This document shows, piece after piece, positions 7,725 through 15,863 of a DNA stretch of 29,736 nucleotides. The first letter of the stretch is position 1. Every line of letters begins with the position of its first letter. Both the position numbers and the translations under genes were made by a program. The notes below the pieces were generated by a model that was not told the origin of the DNA, ran no database searches, and saw nothing but the letters and a program-made list of their open reading frames with translations. Origin of the DNA: an uncultured Anaerolineales bacterium (lineage in GTDB: Bacteria; Chloroflexota; Anaerolineae; Epilineales; JAANWY01); NCBI GenBank assembly GCA_964474265.1, contig CAYYSH010000002.1, forward strand, positions 1 through 29,736. Direction: 5' to 3'.

Positions 7725-9018
7725 CGTCTGCCTGATTCTGGAAGGCACCTATCCATATATCACCGGTGGCGTGTCAGCCTGGGTGCAGGCTCTGCTCGCC
7801 GGCCTGCCCGACCTGGATTTCGCCCTCGTTCATCTGAGCGCTGGTAATGGCCGGAAGCCTCCAAGCCGGTATGCACCGCCGGCCAACCTGACCGAGTTCA
7901 TCGAGTGGCCTCTGGACGTTGGGGAGGTCAGGGTGCGGAGAAGCCAGCAGTTGGTGGGAAGAAGGTGGGATCCTCACCTCACTCCCGCCTCGCTGCCCAA
8001 AGCACGAGTGTACCACGCTCTGTCCACTGGGTTCGCCGGCCTGCTGGGCTGTCAGGTGAAACTGGCCACAGGTCGCCCCCTCATCCTGACGGAGCACGGC
8101 ATCTACTGGCGTGAAGTGCAGGCCGGTGCCGGCGAACTGGAGTGTGGCTTCCGGGTCGTGCCAGATGGGAACGATTGCATCAGCCTGCATGTGGTGCGAA
8201 ATCACTGGACGGTGGCTCTCCAGGAGGCGGCACGCCAGGCCTACGCTCAGGCGGACGTCATCACCACCGTGTGTCGGGCCAATGCCCGACTGCAATTCGC
8301 TCTTGGCGCACCCCCTTCGCGGTGCCAGGTCATCCACAACGGCGTGGATTGGCCGGCACTGGCGCCCAACGGCGCTCGCTCGCCGGCCACCGACGGCATC
8401 TACCGCATCGGCTTCGTCGGTCGAGTCGTGTCAATCAAAGACGTTGCCACATTCCTCAAGGCATGCCAGTTGGTGGCCGGCGAGCTGCCCACCGCCCACT
8501 TCTACGTCATCGGGCCACTGGATCACGATCCGCCCTACGCGGCCTATTGCCAGAGCCTGGCCGCCGGGCTGGGCCTGGAAGACCGCGTGACCTTCACGGG
8601 CGAAACCGATCCTGTGCCCTGGTACCGCCGGCTGGATGTTGTCGCGTTGACGAGTGTCAGCGAAGGACAGCCGCTGGCCCTGTTGGAGGCGATGGCTGCC
8701 GGCGTGCCGGTCGTCGCCACGGCCGTAGGCGGGTGCCCGGAGCTGATCCTGGGAGCCACGCCGCAGGACCGAGACCTGGGGCCGGCCGGGCTCCTGACGC
8801 CGGTCCGTGATCCCCAGGCCACGGCCCATGCCATTTTGGCGCTATGCCATGATGTGGACCGGTGGCGCCGGGCATCGTGGGCCGGCCAGCATCGGGTGCG
8901 CCAGTTCTACTCGATCGAGCATCTATGTCAGGCCTATCGAGCTCTGTACCTTGGCATGCTCGGACGGACCAATGTCGAACCTGCGTACGCGCAAAGTGTT
9001 AACGGGAGAGTGCTATGA
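7717..9018 (+). CDS. pelF: PelF-like GT4 glycosyltransferase (DUF3492-type N-terminus) #1
   Basis: DVCLILEGTYPYITGGVSAW, LILTEHGIYWRE, VIHNGVD, FVGRVVSIKD and the E-x7-E motif SEGQPLALLE are all PelF hallmarks. Confidence 0.85.
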   Translation: MHDVCLILEGTYPYITGGVSAWVQALLAGLPDLDFALVHLSAGNGRKPPSRYAPPANLTEFIEWPLDVGEVRVRRSQQLVGRRWDPHLTPASLPKARVYHALSTGFAGLLGCQVKLATGRPLILTEHGIYWREVQAGAGELECGFRVVPDGNDCISLHVVRNHWTVALQEAARQAYAQADVITTVCRANARLQFALGAPPSRCQVIHNGVDWPALAPNGARSPATDGIYRIGFVGRVVSIKDVATFLKACQLVAGELPTAHFYVIGPLDHDPPYAAYCQSLAAGLGLEDRVTFTGETDPVPWYRRLDVVALTSVSEGQPLALLEAMAAGVPVVATAVGGCPELILGATPQDRDLGPAGLLTPVRDPQATAHAILALCHDVDRWRRASWAGQHRVRQFYSIEHLCQAYRALYLGMLGRTNVEPAYAQSVNGRVL

Positions 9019-9728
9019 GGATTGGAATACTTCACCAATACAGCCTGCTTAGCTCCGGTAGCGGGGTGTACACAGTGCACGTGACTCAGCGATTGCTGCG
9101 GCGCGGCCACCAGGTATGCCTTGTGTGCCGGGATTTCGAGTTGGATCGCCATATCTTTATCGACGAAGCCTTCATCCACGAAGGGCAGCACACGCAACGG
9201 GTGTTTCGGCGTCGTCGCGAGCCGGCGTGCAGTGCTCACGCGCTACACAGCAAGGTTATGCCTGTGGCCTATCCGCGTGCGGAGACGCCCAATGGCCGGC
9301 TGTTCACGGACCTGACCGACGAGGAGATTCGCGAGTACGTGGCGTATCACGTGGATCGGGTCGCCTACATTGCCCGCCGGCACCGCCTGCAGGTACTCCA
9401 CGCCAACCACGTCGTGCTCATGCCTTACATCGCACTGCAGGTGAAGCGCCAGTTGGGCCTGCCCTACGTGGTAACTGTCCATGGCAGCACGATTGAGTTC
9501 GTGGTGAACCAGGATGAGCGTTATCGGCAGCACGCTGTGGCCGGCCTGCGCGGCGCAGATCGAGTGATTGCGCTAAACCCGGAAGTGCGGGACCGTGTCC
9601 TCCAGATCTGTCCCGACCTTGGAGGCCGGCTGACCAGCATTTCGGTCGGCGTGGACACAAGAGTGTTTCGACCGGTGTACGTGAGACCGCTGGAGGTCAC
9701 CAGCCATGTCGTATCAGCATACGGGTAG
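9015..9728 (+). CDS. GT4 glycosyltransferase, N-terminal Rossmann half
   Basis: SGSGVYTVHVTQRLLRRGHQV, LHANH, PYVVTVHGS, ADRVIA, VGVDTRVFRP, then a stop. ATGA overlap with the pelF stop. Confidence 0.85.
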   Translation: MRIGILHQYSLLSSGSGVYTVHVTQRLLRRGHQVCLVCRDFELDRHIFIDEAFIHEGQHTQRVFRRRREPACSAHALHSKVMPVAYPRAETPNGRLFTDLTDEEIREYVAYHVDRVAYIARRHRLQVLHANHVVLMPYIALQVKRQLGLPYVVTVHGSTIEFVVNQDERYRQHAVAGLRGADRVIALNPEVRDRVLQICPDLGGRLTSISVGVDTRVFRPVYVRPLEVTSHVVSAYG

Positions 9729-10599
9729 GCAGCCGTCTGTCTATCGCACTCCATCCTTCTCCGGCAACGGCAGTACGCCTGCGTCGGCAGGTCCCCCCGG
9801 AGGGGGATTGACCAGGGGAGGCCGGCGGGGGACACGAACCGTGGCCTTCGTCGGCAAGCTCTCGCTGGAGAAGGGCGTGCACTGCCTGATCGCAGCATTG
9901 CCGGCCATTGTGGCCGCGTTTCCTGACGCGCATTTGCTGCTCATCGGTGACGGGGTAGCCAGAGGCTCCCTGGAGAGGATGTTGCTTGCGCTGGATCGCG
10001 GGGACCTGCATGCGGCCACTCAGGCCCTGGCGGAAGCGCCAACCACCGCCCAGGAAGAAGCGTGGATTACGCCTGTGACCCTGTTTTGGGAACATGTGGA
10101 CCGGGTCACATACCAGGCGGCGGCCCGCGCAGCCGACCTGGTCAGCCATGTGACTTTCACTGGCTATCTGCCGCATACGGAGATTGCCGGCATCTTGCCA
10201 GACGCCGACCTGTTGGTGATCCCGTCTCTGGTCAAAGAGGCCTTCCCGCTGGTATCTCTGGAGGCTCTGGCGTGCGGGGTGCCGCCGGCCGGCCCGTATC
10301 GCGGCGGACTCATCCCAATCCTGGACGAAATCGCGGCCGCGCTTGGCCCGGTGGCTGATCTAATCCGGCTTGACCCACACCCCGAAGCGTTCGTAGCAGA
10401 TTTAGCCCACAAGGTGCCAGAGCTGTTGGAATACCTCTCCTGGCCGGACATTCGAGAAGATGTGGCCCGGCAATGTTGGGCGATCGCAGCGGGTAAGTAC
10501 GACTGGGACCGCGTTGTGGATCGGGTAGAAAGCGTGTATCGCGACGTGTTGTCCCAAGCACGTCCGGCTGATCGAAGAACACACCTGCCCAGTTCGTAG
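9706..10599 (+). CDS. GT4 glycosyltransferase, C-terminal nucleotide-sugar-binding half
   Basis: VAFVGKLSLEKGVHCLIAA, VTFTGYLP, E-x7-E motif PSLVKEAFPLVSLEALACG, YDWDRVVDRVESVY. GGAGGT SD at 9692-9697. Confidence 0.85.
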   Translation: MSYQHTGRQPSVYRTPSFSGNGSTPASAGPPGGGLTRGGRRGTRTVAFVGKLSLEKGVHCLIAALPAIVAAFPDAHLLLIGDGVARGSLERMLLALDRGDLHAATQALAEAPTTAQEEAWITPVTLFWEHVDRVTYQAAARAADLVSHVTFTGYLPHTEIAGILPDADLLVIPSLVKEAFPLVSLEALACGVPPAGPYRGGLIPILDEIAAALGPVADLIRLDPHPEAFVADLAHKVPELLEYLSWPDIREDVARQCWAIAAGKYDWDRVVDRVESVYRDVLSQARPADRRTHLPSS

Positions 10600-10697
10600 T
10601 GAGGCACGCAGCGCAGTGCCGTCACGGAAGGCTACCTTCCGACGTAGACAGAGGAAGGCAACGCGTAAAGTTCAAACCATGATTAGGAGGAAATGCC

Positions 10698-11525
10698 ATG
10701 CGTGAGACGAAAGCTGTCATTCTGGCTGCGGGCAAAGGGACTCGCATGAAATCCGAGCTGCCCAAGGTGCTCCACACCGTCGAAGGCCGGCCCATGGTGC
10801 AACACAGCATCGAACGGGCGCGGGCTGCCGGCATTGGAGACGTCATCATCGTCGTCGGCTATCGACGGGACCTGGTGATGGAGGCTCTGGAGGGCTGGGA
10901 CATCCAGTTTGCCATTCAAGAAGAACAGCGCGGAACCGGCCACGCCGTAGCCCAGGCACGAGAGTACCTGGAAGGCTTCGACGGTAACGTGGTCGTGCTG
11001 TACGGCGACATGCCCCTCCTCAGCGAGGACACCATTCGCAGCCTGATCCAACGGCGCGACAGGCTGGATGCTGCCGGCGTCATCTTGACCATCGTCCTGG
11101 ACAATCCGCCGGACTTCGGACGCATTGTGCGGGACCGGCAAGGGCGTGTACTCCGAGTTGTGGAGGCGAAAGACGCCTCGCCGGAGGAACTGGCGATCCG
11201 GGAGGTAAATGTCGGGGCCTACTGCTTTGATTGCCAGGCGCTGCTGCCAGCGCTGGACCAACTGAGAGACGACAATCAGCAAGGCGAGTACTATCTCACG
11301 GACGTGGTAGAGATCTTAGCCCGGGATGGCCATCAGGTGGAGACAGTTGTGACGCCCAACCTGGAAGAGGCGTTGGGGATCAACGACCCGGTGCACCTGG
11401 CTTTCGCCGAGAAGCTGGGCGACATCCGTTACGCCGAGAGTCTTTACGAGCTGATTGACGCCACACTGGCCATGAGTCGGGCGCGCAGCGTGGCCGGCAC
11501 GCCCCAAACCCATCCCCTGGCGTAA
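10698..11525 (+). CDS. GlmU-like sugar-1-phosphate uridylyltransferase, N-terminal domain only
   Basis: VILAAGKGTRMKSELPKVLH, QRGTGHAV, YGDMPL, EVNVGAYCF, QQGEYYLTDVV, GIND. No hexapeptide-repeat acetyltransferase domain follows. AGGAGG SD. Confidence 0.88.
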   Translation: MRETKAVILAAGKGTRMKSELPKVLHTVEGRPMVQHSIERARAAGIGDVIIVVGYRRDLVMEALEGWDIQFAIQEEQRGTGHAVAQAREYLEGFDGNVVVLYGDMPLLSEDTIRSLIQRRDRLDAAGVILTIVLDNPPDFGRIVRDRQGRVLRVVEAKDASPEELAIREVNVGAYCFDCQALLPALDQLRDDNQQGEYYLTDVVEILARDGHQVETVVTPNLEEALGINDPVHLAFAEKLGDIRYAESLYELIDATLAMSRARSVAGTPQTHPLA

Positions 11526-11570
11526 AGGCCAGCCCAGCAGGTCTCAAGAAACGCAGATGGAGGCGACGTG

Positions 11571-13850
11571 ATGGGCGGATTCAGGCGGGCTCTTCAGAGT
11601 CTGGCGCAGCGGCTGGTGGATGGTTGGTCCAGCCTGCGCGGCCGGGTTCTGGCCGGCCTGGAGGCCACGGCAAGGGTAGCACGCTCGTTCCTCATGCTTG
11701 CAACTGAGGCCGGCTTCTGGCTTGCCCGGCAAATCTGGCAGGCCAGAAGCCGGCGTCAGGCGCACAACCAAGCCGTATCAGCCAGAACCTGGCTCCTGCG
11801 CCTTTTGCAGGCGGTGCTCTTTATGCCGCTACTTCTGGTTGCATACCGGGTCATGACCCAGGAGCCGGCCTTGCCCCAGGCTCCGGCTTACGCCAGCGCC
11901 CGCCAGCAGCGCATCCTGGTAGTGCACAACACGGCAGACAGCTATGGGGAGCAGGCCTACGCTAACGCGCTCCGCGCCCTGGACTATGCCCGGTTAAATT
12001 ACGAGAGTCTCGACCTCGCCAACTTTGAAGGGTGGCCAGATCTGGAGCAATACAGCTCACTGCTCTTCGTCACCGAGATGTTGGACGGCATCGACGAAGC
12101 CCAGTCTCAGCAAATTGCCGACTATGTGGCCGGCGGTGGCGGACTGGCTGTTGTTTATCGTGGCTGGAATCCCTACCTGGCGTCTCTCTTCGGGATGAAG
12201 GCCGGCGCGGAGTACCCTGAGTTGATCGAAGGTGAGGGAGGGCTGAACTTTCAAGCGGATCTTTTCCCTGGAGTCAAGGGGCTCGTTCTGAGCGAAAAGA
12301 CCATCCCCGACCTCTCGGCATTCGATGTAAGCCTGCAGCGAGAGGCTCAGGTCCTGGCCAGTTCCGGTTCAGGCCGGCCCATCGTCTGGCTCTACCGTCA
12401 CGGCCAGGGCCGGGTGATTTACTGGAACACGGTTTTCCTGACGGAGAAAGAAGCGCGCGGCTTCATCGTCCAGTCGGTGCTGGGCGCCCAGGGGGTGGGG
12501 GTGTTGCCCATTGCCAACTTTGCCACCTTCCAGATAGACGATTTCCCGGCCTCGATCTCCACCAAGAAACTCGAGCCCCTGGCAACTGAATATGACCTGA
12601 CTCTGGTCGAGTTCTACCACAAGGTCTGGTTCCCAGACATGATGGAGATCGCTCACCGTTACGGGTTAGTATACACCTTTCTGATTCCTTTCAACTACAA
12701 CGATCGGGTTGAGCCCCCATTTGGATTTCGCGAATGGGAGCATGCGAGTGTGCAGGAAGACAACCAGCCTGTCTTCTACTCCATCTACGTCTCTCATCTG
12801 GCTGCTCAGCAGCACGAGCTGGGCCTCCATGGCTATAACCATATCTCGCTCACCCTGGAAAACTGGCCCAGCGAGGAGAACATGGTGCTGGCGTTGCAGG
12901 AGGCTTCCAGGCGCTGGGATGCGGATAACCTGGGACCCCAGCCGGTCACTTACGTGCCGCCGAACAACATTTTCGATGAGGCCGGCGCGCGAGCCTTGAC
13001 CAGGAGCTTTCCATCGTTGAGAATCCTGGCGAGTATCTACACGGGGCGCTTTGAGAAAGGTGGCAATCGGGAATTCGAGCCAGAGCCCTGGAACCCGAAA
13101 CTATTCGACATCCCACGACTGACTGACGGGTATCATTTGGATCCGTACATGCGGTATGTCATGATTTCCGAACTCGGCATGATGGGTATCTGGACGCACT
13201 TTATTCACCCCGATGACGTTGTCCATACGCCGGCCAACTACCCCGATGCCCCGTATCATCGCAACCCGAATTACTGGCCCTGGCGCGGAGACAACACCGG
13301 CGAGAGAAACGGGTTCTACTATCGCCTTCTACACTGGCTGGACTTCGCCAAGACGTTCTATCCATGGTTGCGCTATATCCGCACCGCCGACTCACTTGAT
13401 ATTCTGCGCTCGCATCTGGAGAACCAGGTGTCAGTTGAACTCAAGCCCTTTGAGGTGATCTTGCACACAACCACCCCAACGTACTTCCAGGTACGCATCA
13501 ATGACAGGCGACGCCTCTTCTTCAACGACATGTCGGGTGCCCAATTTGTCCATGCATATTATGGGGAAGGATATACTCTCTACACCTTGCGCGGCCTGAA
13601 GAAGGAAGTTCGTCTGAGCTTGATCATTCCAGCATCTGAACCAGGCACGACTCCGGGCGCACAGCCCGGCAACCTGTTCGCGCCCGTTGGAGACCATGAG
13701 GAGCTAGGGCCAAAGGACCTGCAAGACGAAACGCTCTGGCAGCCGGCGAGTGTCCCGGGATCAGCATCTGAGACCCCGCCGGCCTCTGCCCCCCCTCCGC
13801 GCATGGATGCCCTGCCGGTGAGCACACCGACGCTTCGGAGGCGACCGTGA
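11571..13850 (+). CDS. DUF2194-type / PelA(DA)-like membrane-anchored polysaccharide deacetylase (CE4-like)
   Basis: One hydrophobic segment (LLRLLQAVLFMPLLLVAY), then an alpha/beta domain. CE4-like motifs FQIDDFP, HELGLHGYNH, YVPPNN, THFIHPDD. Pro-rich tail. GGAGG SD at 11559-11563 favours ATG 11571. Confidence 0.75.
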   Translation: MGGFRRALQSLAQRLVDGWSSLRGRVLAGLEATARVARSFLMLATEAGFWLARQIWQARSRRQAHNQAVSARTWLLRLLQAVLFMPLLLVAYRVMTQEPALPQAPAYASARQQRILVVHNTADSYGEQAYANALRALDYARLNYESLDLANFEGWPDLEQYSSLLFVTEMLDGIDEAQSQQIADYVAGGGGLAVVYRGWNPYLASLFGMKAGAEYPELIEGEGGLNFQADLFPGVKGLVLSEKTIPDLSAFDVSLQREAQVLASSGSGRPIVWLYRHGQGRVIYWNTVFLTEKEARGFIVQSVLGAQGVGVLPIANFATFQIDDFPASISTKKLEPLATEYDLTLVEFYHKVWFPDMMEIAHRYGLVYTFLIPFNYNDRVEPPFGFREWEHASVQEDNQPVFYSIYVSHLAAQQHELGLHGYNHISLTLENWPSEENMVLALQEASRRWDADNLGPQPVTYVPPNNIFDEAGARALTRSFPSLRILASIYTGRFEKGGNREFEPEPWNPKLFDIPRLTDGYHLDPYMRYVMISELGMMGIWTHFIHPDDVVHTPANYPDAPYHRNPNYWPWRGDNTGERNGFYYRLLHWLDFAKTFYPWLRYIRTADSLDILRSHLENQVSVELKPFEVILHTTTPTYFQVRINDRRRLFFNDMSGAQFVHAYYGEGYTLYTLRGLKKEVRLSLIIPASEPGTTPGAQPGNLFAPVGDHEELGPKDLQDETLWQPASVPGSASETPPASAPPPRMDALPVSTPTLRRRP

Positions 13851-13865
13851 CCTGCGAGATCGACG

Positions 13866-15863
13866 ATGAAGTATCACACCCAGGCGCTGATAGCTATCTC
13901 GAAGCTTGTGGGCTGGTTCGTGGTGCTGTTCGTCTGGCTCCCGCGTTGGCTTTTCCCACGCCCGGCAGTACCCGGGAGCGGCGCGCGGTTTTTCGCCAAC
14001 CTGGCCCGCATGGTTCTGGCAACAGCAATCATCATACAGGGGCTGGTACTGTTGCACCTGTTCGACTTCTTCTCCCTGGTGGCCAGCTACCTGGTGCTGG
14101 GAGCCGGGATTGCCAGCCTGCGTCGGGGCCGGCTGCCCATCGCCGAGCTGGATCAGGCCGTCACGCAGTTGGAGGCAACGATCATCGACATGCTGGAGGG
14201 GAACTTCCCTTACCACACGTGGCTCAACCGGGCGGGGCAGCGGTTTCAACGCTGGGTTCTTACCTGGCAGCCAGACAGAGACACCATTGCCTGGGGGATG
14301 GTGTTGGGCATGGTGTTGCTTATCAGCGCCGGCCTCCGGCTGGCTGGTGTGCCGACCAGGGCTGCGCCCGGCGACCCGGGCACCTACCTGCACATGGCCT
14401 GGACCCGCTTACTGGCCAGCAACACCATCTGGCCCAACGGTGCCTATCCGTTGGGTGCCCACAGTTGGATCCAGACCATCGCACAGTTCGCCCGGGTGGA
14501 CGAAGCGCTGCTCGTTCGAACGGCAGGGGGGCTGGTGGGGCTCCTGCTGACGCTAGCGGTCTACGTATCCGTTCGCTGGGCCGGCGCCGGACAGGGAGCG
14601 GCGGTGGTGGCGACAGCCACGTATGGCATGTTCATTTTCGCGGGTGTGCTGCCCGCCGGCGCATCTCGCCAACAAGAGTTGCATCCGTTCGAATTCGGGC
14701 TCGTGTTCTTGCTACCATCGTTGATGTTCATCTCCGAATCCCTGGACTCCTTTCAATGGCCACTCTTCCTGCTGGCCGGCGAATGCCTGGCGGCCGCCTC
14801 TGTCCTGCACCCGGTGGCCGGCCTGTTCGGGCTGCTCGGATTGGTGGCGGTGTTGGCAGTTCAAGCAGTGAGCGGGCGCAGAGCGTTCCGCTGGATCGGG
14901 TGGGCTGTGGCTGCCGGCGGCCTCGCCACCTTACTCGGCAATTTGTTCTTGCTGGTGGCACGTCTGATGGGCCGGCCCCGCCACCAGGGCGTGCTGGACA
15001 TCGTCGTCACCTTCTTTGCGCCCGGGCGGCCGGACCCGGCGTGGCAATCGCTGGTGTGGGGGTTGGCAGCACTGGGAGCTGGTCTGCTGTTGTCGCCACC
15101 CCATCACCGGGCGCTGTTTCGACGGAGTACCGGGCTCTTCCTGGGATTGCTGGTGGCCCTCTTCATGGGGTATCCGGCCCTTCTGGCTCCCGACAAGGTG
15201 GGAATTCCGCTGTCTCTGGTGGCCGCCGTGGGGCTGGGGGTGGAGTTGGACATTGTGCTGACGGCGCTTCGGCAGCTCATTGGCCGGCTGGGAATGCCGC
15301 GCCTGCACCCGTCTATCGGATTGACGGCCGGCCTGGTCGCCCTCGCCATTGCCGGCGTGACCGTGATATCACCGCCGCTGCAGGCGGACCCTGGTCCGCC
15401 CCAGGAGCCGGAGTCCCTGGCGCGGGCTCTCTACCAGATCAAAACCGATCATCTGGCCTATACCTGGACTGTGGTTGGATACCCGGAGGCATTGCCACAG
15501 GTGCTGGGGCGCGGCTATTTCCTGTCGTGGAAGGATTTCCTGGCGAAGTACGATCCGGTCGCGTATCGTTTCGATCCGCGAGATCCGGATCTGGCGATCC
15601 CAACTCGCTACGTGTTTATCATGGTTGAAAAGCAGGTGTTCGTCGGTCCCAACGATCTGGCCGCAGATACATTGGAAAGAGCCAAACTACAGGTGGCTCT
15701 CCAGGACTGGGTCGCGCGCTATCAACAGTACCACGACGATATGAGCATTTACTACGAGGATAGTTCAGTTGCTGTCTACCAGATTTATCGGTCGCCGGAG
15801 ATTGAGCGACAGATCATTGAAGAATACGAGGCGGAACAGTTCCAGCGGAGGAAACAGCGATGA
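13866..15863 (+). CDS. Multi-pass integral membrane protein (possibly GT-C/PMT-like), function unknown
   Basis: 665 aa with many hydrophobic segments, an early loop GDPGTYLH...YPLGAH and a soluble C-terminal domain. Lies between the deacetylase and the HD protein. Confidence 0.8.
   Translation: MKYHTQALIAISKLVGWFVVLFVWLPRWLFPRPAVPGSGARFFANLARMVLATAIIIQGLVLLHLFDFFSLVASYLVLGAGIASLRRGRLPIAELDQAVTQLEATIIDMLEGNFPYHTWLNRAGQRFQRWVLTWQPDRDTIAWGMVLGMVLLISAGLRLAGVPTRAAPGDPGTYLHMAWTRLLASNTIWPNGAYPLGAHSWIQTIAQFARVDEALLVRTAGGLVGLLLTLAVYVSVRWAGAGQGAAVVATATYGMFIFAGVLPAGASRQQELHPFEFGLVFLLPSLMFISESLDSFQWPLFLLAGECLAAASVLHPVAGLFGLLGLVAVLAVQAVSGRRAFRWIGWAVAAGGLATLLGNLFLLVARLMGRPRHQGVLDIVVTFFAPGRPDPAWQSLVWGLAALGAGLLLSPPHHRALFRRSTGLFLGLLVALFMGYPALLAPDKVGIPLSLVAAVGLGVELDIVLTALRQLIGRLGMPRLHPSIGLTAGLVALAIAGVTVISPPLQADPGPPQEPESLARALYQIKTDHLAYTWTVVGYPEALPQVLGRGYFLSWKDFLAKYDPVAYRFDPRDPDLAIPTRYVFIMVEKQVFVGPNDLAADTLERAKLQVALQDWVARYQQYHDDMSIYYEDSSVAVYQIYRSPEIERQIIEEYEAEQFQRRKQR

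Noticed and set aside
9792-9832. C6/G5 tracts (hairpin or G-quadruplex) as a frameshift stimulator for the split GT4
   Set aside because: About 65 nt downstream of the ORF1 stop and with no slippery heptamer; consistent with Pro/Gly codons of a linker.
10670-10694. SigB-like promoter GTTCAA-N13-GGAAAT
   Set aside because: The apparent -10 overlaps the SD and ends 3 nt before the ATG; more simply explained by the ribosome-binding site.
10600-10697. c-di-GMP riboswitch upstream of the GlmU-like gene
   Set aside because: Lacks the GGCAAACC, GNRA and GACGCAAAGC pattern of class I and shows no evident class II pseudoknot by eye; an Rfam scan would be decisive.
13847-15628. 593-aa alternative-frame ORF with GGAGG and a GTGA overlap at its start
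   Set aside because: Arg/Gly/Ala/Pro-rich shadow of a hydrophobic GC-rich gene, where stops in that frame are naturally rare. The good SD at 13837-13841 does leave open that the membrane protein really starts at 13847 and a 1-nt indel lies before 13866; reads would settle this.
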